Positions 17,711 through 26,677 of a stretch of 64,000 nt of DNA are shown here, one piece after another. The stretch covers positions 4,613-68,612 of the forward strand of contig JBBRVU010000002.1 of assembly GCA_038246575.1 (NCBI GenBank), written 5' to 3'. The notes under the pieces were generated by a model that searched no databases, was not told the origin of the DNA, and saw only the letters and a list, made by a program, of their open reading frames with translations. The translations under genes were made by a program, and so were the position numbers. The DNA is from Actinomycetes bacterium (GTDB lineage Bacteria; Actinomycetota; Actinomycetes; JACCUZ01). Positions within the stretch are counted from its first letter, which is position 1; each line of letters begins with the position of its first letter.

Positions 17711-18202
17711 GTGAACGACCTCAGAATCCAGGTGCAGATCGCCATCGACGCCTCGGAGGTGACGGCGGACAAGGCGGTTGAGTACGTCAAGAACATCGTC
17801 GCCGGCCTCAACAAGGCCAACGGCACCAGCACGCCCGTCGTGCTGTCGGCGCCGGTCTTCGGCCTCGATAAGCAGCTCGGTCGGCTTCTCGACCACAACC
17901 CGGTCTTCGCCACGCGGGTGCGTACGGTGCACGACCAGCTCATCGCGCTCGGCTACGTGCCCACGCTGCCGAGATCGAAGAAGGACCCGCTTCCGAGCTA
18001 CATCAGCTACATCGACCCGGTCATCGGCAGCAACCTCGGAAACCTCAACAGCGAGAAGTTCTACGTCATGCGCGGCGAGCTCAAGACCGAGCTTGAGGCG
18101 CTGCCGCACTTCGGCTCCGACAGCCGTTACGCGAACGTGCACCTCGTCAACGACGACGCAGTGCAGGCGCTGCTCAAGATCGCCGAGCGCGAGAAGAAGT
18201 AG
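17711..18202 (+). CDS. hypothetical protein (163 aa), no family recognised
   Basis: GTG start with a GGAGAGG RBS, lower GC than the surroundings, and a strong hairpin downstream. No TM segment or signal peptide. Confidence 0.6.
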   Translation: MNDLRIQVQIAIDASEVTADKAVEYVKNIVAGLNKANGTSTPVVLSAPVFGLDKQLGRLLDHNPVFATRVRTVHDQLIALGYVPTLPRSKKDPLPSYISYIDPVIGSNLGNLNSEKFYVMRGELKTELEALPHFGSDSRYANVHLVNDDAVQALLKIAEREKK

Positions 18203-18230
18203 CCGCTCGTCACTGCACAGCGACACCGAA

Positions 18231-18260
18231 GGGCCCCGGACGGTGCACCGTCCGGGGCCC
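18231..18260 (+). terminator. intrinsic-terminator-like hairpin
   Basis: GGGCCCCGGACGG-TGCA-CCGTCCGGGGCCC, a perfect 13-bp stem 29 nt after the stop at 18202. No U-tract, as is common in actinobacteria. Confidence 0.6.
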
Positions 18261-18428
18261 TCGCGCGTCCGAGCCTCCGACCCCCCGACGAATGCTCATA
18301 CGGTCACGCGTGCCGTCCGCCTTGGGCGGCTCGTCGTCCCACAGTCATCGAGGGATGCCTTGGGCGTGGCTCCGGCGGGCTGCTTGCGGACACCCGCCGC
18401 GGTAATGTGCCTCGCCCACCCGGATCTG

Positions 18429-18458
18429 TTGACGTAACGACAACCTTTACTTTATGGT
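18429..18458 (+). promoter_or_regulatory. sigma-70-like promoter candidate TTGACG-N18-TATGGT
   Basis: AT-richer stretch 30 nt upstream of the kinase start. The -10 fits actinobacterial TANNNT. A GTTGC-N7-GCAAC inverted repeat follows. Confidence 0.4.
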
Positions 18459-18488
18459 TGCTCTCACGGCAACGATTGGTGGTGGGAC

Positions 18489-20036
18489 GTGCGGATGGGC
18501 GGCGTCACGGAGGTGGCAGAAGCGCTTGGCGTCTCTCGGCAGCGCCTGTCCAAGCTTCGCGGACGCGCAGACTTTCCCGATCCCATCGGGGTGCTCGCGC
18601 AGGGACCCATCTGGGACCTCGACGCGGTCGAGGCGTGGAACGGCTCCGGCTCTAGGAACTCCACCCCGGGTCGGCCCCGGGCTGACGCTGCCGTGAGGAC
18701 ACTGGGCGGCCGCTTCGCACTGGAGCAGCTGATCGGCCGGGGGGGGTTCGCCGCCGTCTACCGAGCGGCAGACCGCAAGCAGGGCGGCCAACTCGTCGCC
18801 GTGAAGATCCTTCACGACGTCGCGGCCGTGGACCCCGAGGCGTTGGCCCGCTTTCGCCGCGAGCTCCGGCTCCTCGAGGGACTGGAGCACCCGAACGTGA
18901 TCTCCGTCCTGGGCCAGGGCCAGGCCGAGGATGAGGGTCCCTGGTATGCCATGCCGCTCGCTCAGGGCAGCCTCCACGACGCCCTTGAGGAGATCGAGGG
19001 CAACCAGGCGATGATCTTGGACGTCATGCGGCAGGTTTGCGCTGGGCTCGCCTACATCCACAGCCGGGGCATCTTCCACCGTGACCTCAAGCCCGGGAAC
19101 ATCCTGCGGTCCCAGGCGGGGAACTGGGCGATCTCCGACTTCGGCCTCGCTGTCGAGGTCGAGCGCAACACGTCCTTCCTCACCTCGACACTGCGCGCCG
19201 GTCTCGGCTCCTGGTGGTACACGGCGCCGGAGCAGTGGACGAACGCCCGCAACGCCGACCACCTCTCCGACGTCTACAGCCTGGGAAAGGTGCTGCAGCA
19301 GATGGTGACCGGCGAGCCGCCGGTCAACAACGAGATGCCGTCCGGGCCTCTGCGACCCATCGTCGAGCGCGCCACAGCCAACAAGGCAGACCAGCGGTAC
19401 GGGGATGTCGAAGAACTCTTGGCGGCCGTCGAGGTCGCCATCGGGGCCCCAACCGGCAGGTGGGAGTCGGCCGAGGACGTCGCGAAGCGCCTGCTCGAGC
19501 GGGTTCGGCTCCCGCGGCCCGCCGCCGAGGACCTCGTTGAGCTCCTGTCGTGGGCACAGTCCCTCGACGAGAACAACCGCGACGACATGGGGGCCCTCGC
19601 CCGCGTCCTGCCCTGGATTCCCGCACGGGCCATCCGAGCCCTGAACGCCGGGGACGCTGGCGCATTCCGGCGGATCTTCGAGCGCCACAGCCTTCACGTC
19701 GAGGCCACCAGCTTCGACTTCACCTACTGCGACGTGCTCGCCGACTTCGCTCGACGGGCGGTCCAGCAGACCGAAGACACCGCCATCCTGCGGGCCGCGG
19801 TCCGGTCCCTCGCGGTGCTCGGTAGCGGCCACAACAGGTGGTACGTGCGGGACGTCCTCACCACGCTCCTGCAAGCCGTCCGCAGCACCGAGCAGGCCGT
19901 CGCGGCCGCCGATGCACTGCGGCAGGCAGGCCACGCTGCAGCCGCCTTCTCTGTCAGCGACTTCTCCCTCCGGTCGCTGCACCCGGTCCTTCGCGAGGGC
20001 ATCGGCACCTACCTGGACGAGGACAAGCCAACATGA
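18489..20036 (+). CDS. Hanks-type Ser/Thr protein kinase with N-terminal AlpA/excisionase-like HTH and C-terminal helical domain
   Basis: HTH: VTEVAEALGVSRQRLSKLRGRADFPDPIG...WDLDAVEAW. Kinase motifs: GRGGFAAV, VAVK, HRDLKPGN, DFG and YTAPE. About 190 aa of alpha-helical C-terminus has no recognised family. Confidence 0.85.
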   Translation: MRMGGVTEVAEALGVSRQRLSKLRGRADFPDPIGVLAQGPIWDLDAVEAWNGSGSRNSTPGRPRADAAVRTLGGRFALEQLIGRGGFAAVYRAADRKQGGQLVAVKILHDVAAVDPEALARFRRELRLLEGLEHPNVISVLGQGQAEDEGPWYAMPLAQGSLHDALEEIEGNQAMILDVMRQVCAGLAYIHSRGIFHRDLKPGNILRSQAGNWAISDFGLAVEVERNTSFLTSTLRAGLGSWWYTAPEQWTNARNADHLSDVYSLGKVLQQMVTGEPPVNNEMPSGPLRPIVERATANKADQRYGDVEELLAAVEVAIGAPTGRWESAEDVAKRLLERVRLPRPAAEDLVELLSWAQSLDENNRDDMGALARVLPWIPARAIRALNAGDAGAFRRIFERHSLHVEATSFDFTYCDVLADFARRAVQQTEDTAILRAAVRSLAVLGSGHNRWYVRDVLTTLLQAVRSTEQAVAAADALRQAGHAAAAFSVSDFSLRSLHPVLREGIGTYLDEDKPT

Positions 20037-20067
20037 TCTCTATCTACGACGACCAGATCGGACGCTC

Positions 20068-21930
20068 ATGACCCTCACCTGCGAGGAGGTTGCCGCGTTC
20101 TTCACCGAGACGCGGGTCGACATCGCGGCCAACCCGCGGCTGCGTGAACCTCAGGTCGAAGGCCACGCAGCGGCGGTCGCGCACTTCGCCGCCGGTGGCG
20201 GGCAGGCCCTCGAGCAGATCCCCGTCGGGTGCGGCAAGTCGGGGCTGATCACCCTGCTGCCGTTCAAGGTCGCCGAGGGACGCGTCCTGGTGATCGCGCC
20301 GAACCTGACCATCCGCAACCAGCTCGTCGACGCCTTCAGCAGCAGCAGCCCCAGCTGCTTCTACCGCAGCGCCGCGGTCCTGACCGACCTCAGCGCAGGC
20401 CCGTTCGTCGCGGCCCTCGACGCCGACGCCAACCTCAGCGACCTCGAGGAGGCCCACGTTGCCGTCACCAACATTCAGCAGCTCGCGGCAGGCGGTGGAC
20501 GCTGGCTAAGCAACCTGCCAGAGGACTACTTCGACCTCATCCTCGTCGACGAGGGACACCACAGCGCCGCCAGCAGCTGGCAGGAGGTCTTCGAGTGCTT
20601 CCCCAACGCAAAGATCCTCAGCCTCACCGCCACGCCCTTCCGGAGCGACGACCAGCCCGTCGAGGGCGAGCCCATCTACAGCTACCACATCGCCGAGGGG
20701 ATGCGCCGGGGCTACATCTCCCAGGTCCAAGCCTCCAACGTCGCGCCGACCGAGCTCCGTTTCACCTACCGTGGACAGGAGAGTACCCACACGCTCGAGG
20801 AGGTGCTGCGGCTCAAGGACCGCAACTGGTTCTCGCGCGGCGTCGCGCTGGCGGAGCGGTGCAACGTGTCGATCGTCGACGGCTCGATCGAGTGGCTCAA
20901 GCACCTGCGTGACACGGGCAACGTGCACCACCAGATCATCGCCGTCGCCTGCTCGGTCGACCACGCACGGGCCATCCGTCGTCTGTTCGAAGAGCGTGGT
21001 TACACCGCGCACGAGATCCATTCGCAGATGAGGCCCGAAGAGCAGGCCCGCGTCCACCGCGACCTGCGCGATGGAACGCTCGACGTCATCGTGCAGGTCC
21101 AGATGCTCGGCGAGGGCTTCGACCACCCGCCACTGTCGGTTGCTGCGATCTTCCGGCCGTTCAGGTCGCTCAGCCCGTACATCCAGTTCGTGGGGAGGGT
21201 CATGCGGGTGAACGTGCAGCAAGCACCGGGGCACCTGGACAACCGCGGGATTGTGGTCAGCCACGTGGGCCTGAACCTCGACCGGCACTGGGAGGACTTC
21301 AAGTCGCTAGACGCGGCCGATCAGCAGCTCGTACAGGCCTGGCTGCTCAGTGGCGAGCAAGGACCTCCCCCCGCCGCCGAGGGCGACGACCGCCAGCCCT
21401 TGCTTCCTTCGATGCTCGTCAGTCACGAGCTGACACTCGACCAGTTCCTCGGCGAGAAGTTCCTCGACATCCCAGACGCCGACCTGCCCGACCGGGTCAT
21501 GGACGCCCTCCGCGCCCAGGGCATCGACCCGGCAGCGGCGGGCCTCAACCGGGAGATCCTCGACGCCCTCCGGGAGGCGGACTCACTGGCCGAGCCCGTC
21601 GGTCCCGTCGCGCAGCCAGTCCAGCCACAGGCCCGCCGTCAGCGACAGCGAGCGCGGCTCAACGACCAGATCAAGGCGGTGTCCGTTAGGATCTGCCAGG
21701 CCGTGAAGCTCTCGCTGGGAGGGCGGAAGCTCGCATCCAGGGGCGTCGGCGGTGCGACCTCTGACCTCAGCGCGGTGATCATCCTGATGAACGGCGCCGT
21801 CAACACCCACCTGGGCCATGACGCCGGAACGCGCCGGGAGCTCTCCACCGAGGAGCTGGAACGGGCGATCGGGTCGCTCGACGAGATCGCCGACCGGGTA
21901 CAAGCGGACGTCGTCAGGCGGATCGCCTAA
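20068..21930 (+). CDS. superfamily-2 DEAD/DEAH-box helicase (type III restriction Res-like core) with ~250-aa unknown C-terminal extension
   Basis: Motif I VGCGKSG, motif II LILVDEGHH, motif III LSLTATP, and motifs V/VI VQVQMLGEGFDHP...QFVGRVMR. ATG 20068 lies 31 nt after the kinase stop. Confidence 0.85.
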   Translation: MTLTCEEVAAFFTETRVDIAANPRLREPQVEGHAAAVAHFAAGGGQALEQIPVGCGKSGLITLLPFKVAEGRVLVIAPNLTIRNQLVDAFSSSSPSCFYRSAAVLTDLSAGPFVAALDADANLSDLEEAHVAVTNIQQLAAGGGRWLSNLPEDYFDLILVDEGHHSAASSWQEVFECFPNAKILSLTATPFRSDDQPVEGEPIYSYHIAEGMRRGYISQVQASNVAPTELRFTYRGQESTHTLEEVLRLKDRNWFSRGVALAERCNVSIVDGSIEWLKHLRDTGNVHHQIIAVACSVDHARAIRRLFEERGYTAHEIHSQMRPEEQARVHRDLRDGTLDVIVQVQMLGEGFDHPPLSVAAIFRPFRSLSPYIQFVGRVMRVNVQQAPGHLDNRGIVVSHVGLNLDRHWEDFKSLDAADQQLVQAWLLSGEQGPPPAAEGDDRQPLLPSMLVSHELTLDQFLGEKFLDIPDADLPDRVMDALRAQGIDPAAAGLNREILDALREADSLAEPVGPVAQPVQPQARRQRQRARLNDQIKAVSVRICQAVKLSLGGRKLASRGVGGATSDLSAVIILMNGAVNTHLGHDAGTRRELSTEELERAIGSLDEIADRVQADVVRRIA

Positions 21931-22193
21931 TGCCCGGCAAGACGCGCTCCATACTCCTGGGCCTGGAGGTCCGGCCGGCTGGCCGCTCGTGCAACTGCAA
22001 GCACAACAAGACCCACCGGATTCAGATGGGAGAGCTGCGCTTCGTGGTGAAGAACGCCGGTGCGGCCGCCGGCGAAAACGGGTACTGCCGCTCCTGTGCC
22101 GAGGTCATGATCACTGAGGCACAGCAAAGTCTGGAGCAGCTGCTCACCGCGCTTCATGACTCCGGAGGCGACGTCTGTTCGTTCACGCGATGA
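21930..22193 (+). CDS. small Cys4 zinc-ribbon-like protein (87 aa)
   Basis: The start overlaps the helicase stop (TAATG). CNCKHNKTH...CRSC gives four Cys in a CxC...CxxC arrangement. Confidence 0.55.
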   Translation: MPGKTRSILLGLEVRPAGRSCNCKHNKTHRIQMGELRFVVKNAGAAAGENGYCRSCAEVMITEAQQSLEQLLTALHDSGGDVCSFTR

Positions 22194-22379
22194 CTTGCCT
22201 CCGTGGTACGCCATGCGTCTGACCTGCGCAAACAGGTCTGTCGGACCGGTGAGCAAAAATATCTGGAGGAAAGTTGGGGGGAAACCCGCGCGCGCGCACC
22301 TACGAAGGAGCGTCCGTGCGGTTGGGGACGAGGACGAAGTCGTTGGGTCCAGGCGAGACGAACACTCCATCGAGGAGGG

Positions 22380-23162
22380 ATGGGCGAGATGGCGAGCACC
22401 GGGTCCGGTGGGCAGCGCGCCCGCGGTCTCGCTGCTGCGCGCCTACAACCGGAGAACCAGGTAGCCATCGAGCAACCCGACACTGCGGCGCTGCGGGACG
22501 AGGCGGCTCGCATCGATCGCCTCGCTGGTGACCGAGACCTGATCGACCGGCTGCGCCGTCGCGACTTCACCGGCGCCGAGTACGACCGCACGGCAGAGGA
22601 ACTTGTCCGCTACGGCGTCGCCGTCCTCAAGTCATGGATTCTGGCGGGCACCATCTACGAGAAGTGCGCCTATAAGGGCCGACCCGTCAAGCGGGCGGAC
22701 TTCGAAGCCTTCGATGATGCAGAGGCCGAGTCCATGGCCGGCGAGGTCATCACGGTGGCGATCGCGCGCTTCCGCACCGAGGTGCTGCTGCCAGGGCTCT
22801 GGGACCCGAGCCGGGGTGCGTCGCTCACCACCTACTTCGTGGGGCAGTGCATCCTCTGCTTCCCCGGCGTCTACCGACCCTGGCGCACCCAGCAGCCGCC
22901 GAAGCGCAACTGGGCCCTCAACCGACTGGACGAGAACCTCTCGACCGAGCAAGCGGTCGAGGACGACGTGATCCGAGAACGCACGACCGTAGACGCTCTG
23001 CGGCTGGTGAAGAGTCAAGAGGCTCGAACCGCGCTGGTCATGGTCGGCATGGGCTACCGCCAGGCTTATATCGCCGAGCATCTAGGCATGACCGAGAAGG
23101 CCGTCGAGCGAATGATCCACTACGCCAAGCAGCAGGTTCGCAAGGGGAGGGAGTCCGCGTGA
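22380..23162 (+). CDS. sigma-70-family-like protein (region 2-like segment plus region 4 HTH)
   Basis: ATG 22380 is preceded by GAGGAGGG. Has AESMAGEVITVAIARF...GASLTTYFVGQC (region-2-like) and ARTALVMVGMGYRQAYIAEHLGMTEKAVERMIHYAKQQVRK (region-4/LuxR-type HTH). Confidence 0.6.
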   Translation: MGEMASTGSGGQRARGLAAARLQPENQVAIEQPDTAALRDEAARIDRLAGDRDLIDRLRRRDFTGAEYDRTAEELVRYGVAVLKSWILAGTIYEKCAYKGRPVKRADFEAFDDAEAESMAGEVITVAIARFRTEVLLPGLWDPSRGASLTTYFVGQCILCFPGVYRPWRTQQPPKRNWALNRLDENLSTEQAVEDDVIRERTTVDALRLVKSQEARTALVMVGMGYRQAYIAEHLGMTEKAVERMIHYAKQQVRKGRESA

Positions 23163-23311
23163 GCAAGATCGAACGTGCGATTGAGCGCTCATCACTGGGG
23201 ACCAAGAAGGCGCAGGCCGCCCGCCGGTCCGTCTCCCGAGCCAGCGCCACCCGCATCGTGGCAGCAGCTGCCACGAAATCAACCAGCAGAACCTATGGGG
23301 GGAAACGCTGA
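23159..23311 (+). CDS. possible small basic protein (50 aa)
   Basis: GTG overlaps the stop of the sigma-like gene (GTGA). No family recognised; could be non-coding. Confidence 0.3.
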   Translation: MSKIERAIERSSLGTKKAQAARRSVSRASATRIVAAAATKSTSRTYGGKR

Positions 23312-23558
23312 AGGTGCGACCTATACGCAAGCGTGGACGGTCGAACCCGACCTGACATGTGGCGGGGGCTCGATGGGCCTCGAACCACGCCAGCAACCGA
23401 CCTGTCGGCCACCGCCGACAAGGCTCACCGCAGCGCCTTGGCCCACGCCCTGGTTCGCACCAGGTCAACATGCCATCCCTAGCTCTTCCACGAGTCGCAA
23501 CACGCCTGCACCGTCCTGGAATCGACACACCTCGGCGGTCAGCAGAGAGGTCTCAACC

Positions 23559-24275
23559 ATGACCACCCAGATCACCACCGACCTGCAGGTCCAGAATCAG
23601 GGCATCAACATCGACATCGAGTCGATCGCACCTACCCACGCATTCGGCGCGGACGCCTATGACGTGGCGAACATGACGATCACCGCCACGGTGCAGTCCC
23701 CGGCCGAGCAGGGCTACCGCCTGGTCCTGGCCGCGGACGTTGAGGCGGGCACCTCGGCGTTCGTCCGGGTCGTCTCCGCCTCGAAGGCCCACTTCAAGGA
23801 CACCGCAACGTTCAAGCGGATCATCAAGAGAGACGCCGAGATCATCCGGCCGATCCTTCTCAAGGCGGGAATCGTCCTTGACCCCAGCGGGGACGAGCAG
23901 GACCAGCTAGAGGCCCACGCCGCTCACTTCAAGGTGGCCGACCTCAAGATACCGGCCGGTCAGCAGGTCCTGCGGATCCACGCCAGCCAGAAGCTCAACC
24001 CCGTCGACGGCAACCCCCGCCGCTACCGGTTCACCATGTACGCGCCCCAACTGAGTCTCGCCCCCGTGGGTAACGTGCGCCTCGGTGCGACCGTGGTCTT
24101 CCCCCTCGACATCAACGCCACCATCGACCCCCCCGTCGTCGAGGCGATGCCCGGCCAGCCAGCGGTCAACCTGGTTGGCGGCGGGGACGCCCCCGTGCAG
24201 CTGGGACTGCAGAAAGCCTACGGCTGGGCCTTCCAGGCCGACCCCAAGATCACCGTCTCCTACACCTACAACTGA
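23559..24275 (+). CDS. hypothetical protein (238 aa), beta-rich, no family recognised
   Basis: ATG 23559 with an AGAGAGG RBS. The upstream part of ORF 23175..24275 is Pro/Arg-rich and looks non-coding. Confidence 0.6.
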   Translation: MTTQITTDLQVQNQGINIDIESIAPTHAFGADAYDVANMTITATVQSPAEQGYRLVLAADVEAGTSAFVRVVSASKAHFKDTATFKRIIKRDAEIIRPILLKAGIVLDPSGDEQDQLEAHAAHFKVADLKIPAGQQVLRIHASQKLNPVDGNPRRYRFTMYAPQLSLAPVGNVRLGATVVFPLDINATIDPPVVEAMPGQPAVNLVGGGDAPVQLGLQKAYGWAFQADPKITVSYTYN

Positions 24276-24903
24276 CTCCAACAAGGGAAGGCAGACCCGA
24301 GGTCGATTCCCGGCAGGTCGTGCTGGTGCTCAAACCGCGCACCTCGCAATGGGTACTCGCGCGGGCCACGTTCCTCAAGCCAACGTGACTCATGGGCCGT
24401 CGCTGAGCGGTCGGTAATTTCGGCTGCATTCTGGAGTCACCCAGGACCCTCTGCAGCTTCGACTGACGGCGCGTCGTCCTTCGCGCGGAGAACTTGTCCG
24501 ACGGGCTCTACGGCTGCCGAAGCGCGACGCAGGCGAGTTCGGCGTCAACTGGCCTCAGCTTGACGTGTTCGAGGTCCCCTTCGTGCGCCGGAGGAACTTG
24601 GTCGCGACTCTAGAGTCTCCGCTGTGAGTACCCGGCGCACGACTTGTGCCTGTGCCTCGGTAATTGGAGGGACCTCAGCGAGCTGAACGCCCACCCAGGC
24701 ACTGAGTTGTAACTGTTCCGCAGGGGTCAGCTCTCTCCACCGAGCTCCTTTCATGACGAGACGTCTCGACAGGCTCGGGATGAGCGATCTTGGTGACCGG
24801 AATTGATCCGGGAGGGGGGCCTGGTCGTTCGCATACCAACACACGATGCGCACCCAGGTTGGCCGAGATATTGGCCGCCTACATATGGAGTCTGTGGTCA
24901 TGC

Positions 24904-24927
24904 GATCTCGGCCTCCGAGGCGAGATC
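24904..24927. promoter_or_regulatory. near-perfect hairpin/inverted repeat GATCTCGGCCTC-C-GAGGCGAGATC
   Basis: 11-bp arms with one bulged G, in a lower-GC noncoding stretch. Confidence 0.35.
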
Positions 24928-24961
24928 AAGGGGGGTCGAGCGCCCAGCCGAATCGCGGCCG

Positions 24962-25009
24962 ATGCTGGACAACATGTTGGACCACTGGTTGGACAACCTG
25001 GTTGGTCAC
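24962..25009. repeat. 4 x 12-bp tandem array (atgctggacaac / atgttggaccac / tggttggacaac / ctggttggtcac)
   Basis: Read directly from the sequence. Two units contain TGGACAAC, a one-off variant of the island-wide CGGACAAC motif. Iteron/operator-like. Confidence 0.6.
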
Positions 25010-25223
25010 CATGCGGGTCATGTCATCTCTCCACTCAGGAATGGTTGGCGCCAGTTGTCAACAGATGCCAGCAAGGGTCTTGACTGCCCGATTCGATCAA
25101 GCCAGGCTGCGACGCAAGCGATATCGAGGGACCACCTCGAGGTTGCAGGTTGATCTTTCGGATGACTCCGCCCAGGCGGGAGAAGCTCGCGCGAGGGGAA
25201 CCGCCGCTCGCGAGGCGACGACG

Positions 25224-25796
25224 GTGACGGCGGTGCTGGCCGTGGGAATCGCAAGACAGACGGGTCTCGGCGTCCGATCGCTGACTGTCGTCGCCGCGGG
25301 AGTCCTGGTCGCCTGTTCGAGTAGTCCAGGCGCCGCGCCTGGGCCGACCAGCGCGCCGGCGGTCACGCTAGAGGGCGACGCCAGCCCGACATTGACAGCG
25401 ACCGTGAAAGATGAAGTGCTGTCGGACTACCGGGCATTCTGGGAAGCATTGCCAAAGGCTTCACGGCTCAAGGAGGGTGCCCGCAAACGGCTGCTCGCCG
25501 AACATCTCGTAGATCCCGCGCTGTCCCGGGTGGCCCAATCCCTCGCCTCGCAAGCGGCCTTCAACAAGCGGCTATACGGAGAAAACCGTCCACGTCCGCG
25601 TCTTGTTGATTTGGGGCCGTCCACGGCGACAATCAAGGACTGTCAGGACTCGAGCCAGGCCGGAATAGTCGACCTAAAGAGCGACGAGAGACTCACTGTC
25701 GGCGTCGCGCGAAACCCGGTCAAGGCAACGGTCAAGCTCGATGGTGACGGCCGCTGGAAGATCGCGACGATCACTTATCCAAGCGGTGACTGTTGA
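25224..25796 (+). CDS. putative lipoprotein
   Basis: Hydrophobic leader ending in the lipobox-like LVAC-SSSPG. Start is approximate (GTG 25224); the upstream part of ORF 24846..25796 is unlikely to be coding. Confidence 0.5.
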   Translation: MTAVLAVGIARQTGLGVRSLTVVAAGVLVACSSSPGAAPGPTSAPAVTLEGDASPTLTATVKDEVLSDYRAFWEALPKASRLKEGARKRLLAEHLVDPALSRVAQSLASQAAFNKRLYGENRPRPRLVDLGPSTATIKDCQDSSQAGIVDLKSDERLTVGVARNPVKATVKLDGDGRWKIATITYPSGDC

Positions 25797-26677
25797 ACGG
25801 CCTCGCCCCCCTAACGGTCATCGTCGTTTTGGCTCTGACCTATCTCGCCCCAGGGCGGGCGGGCGCTGGGGAGTCGGCTCCGATCGTCGTTGTCGGCGAC
25901 AACAACGGCGGTATCTCGACTGGGGTTTTCGACCCCGGGACCGATCCCACGCGAGGCGGAACTTCGGCCAACGAATCGTCCGCCGTGACGTGCAGTTACC
26001 GCCCGGATACGAGCAACCACTCGTCAGGACCTCCGCAGTGGGAGCGTGATGCGCCTCACCTTCGCGAGGAGGGGGCGTGGTTCTTCCGCCAGTGCAGCGA
26101 CGGCTCCTTCACAGTCGTGTGGATCCCGGCCGATGCTGGCTCGCCGAACGCCCCCCGGGTCTCACCGGGCGAGCTGGCGGTGCAGGCGGCGAACTATCTG
26201 CCGCTGCCCGCGCCTGCGGTGCATCACAACCCGGACCAGACCGAGGGGCGTCCGCAGACGGTGGTCGGTGTGCCAACGTGGCTGTGGGTCGCTGAGGGTT
26301 CCTTCTCGACTTTGCGGCAGACCACGTCGGCGGGTGGGGTGTCCGCGACTGTGACGGCCAGGCCGGTCTCAACCATCTGGACAACCGGTAGTGAGGACGC
26401 CGCGGGCCTGGTGTGCTCGGGGCCGGGCGTGCCCTACGACCCGTCCCGGGAGCCGGAGGGCCAGTCGACGTACTGCTCCACGATGTACTCGCGCTCCAGC
26501 GCGGCACAGCCGCAGACGGGTCCGCTACCCAATGACCGGTACTTCACCGGCACTGCCACCACCGTGTGGCGGGTCAGCTGGACCGGTAGCGGCGGTACCC
26601 AAGGGACCCTTCCCGACCTGCGTCGGACCAGCACATTCCGGCTCGCGGTCGCCGAGATTCAGGCGGTGAACCAATGA
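25793..26677 (+). CDS. secreted protein, unknown function
   Basis: TTG start overlaps the upstream stop. Has an N-terminal signal-like helix (LAPLTVIVVLALTYLAPGRAGA). No family recognised. Confidence 0.6.
   Translation: MNGLAPLTVIVVLALTYLAPGRAGAGESAPIVVVGDNNGGISTGVFDPGTDPTRGGTSANESSAVTCSYRPDTSNHSSGPPQWERDAPHLREEGAWFFRQCSDGSFTVVWIPADAGSPNAPRVSPGELAVQAANYLPLPAPAVHHNPDQTEGRPQTVVGVPTWLWVAEGSFSTLRQTTSAGGVSATVTARPVSTIWTTGSEDAAGLVCSGPGVPYDPSREPEGQSTYCSTMYSRSSAAQPQTGPLPNDRYFTGTATTVWRVSWTGSGGTQGTLPDLRRTSTFRLAVAEIQAVNQ

Noticed and set aside
24545-24901. 118-aa minus-strand ORF (or 69-aa version from ATG 24754) in the lower-GC gap.
   Set aside because: No RBS, no family similarity and atypical composition. 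It could be a small real gene, but the evidence is insufficient to list it as a feature.
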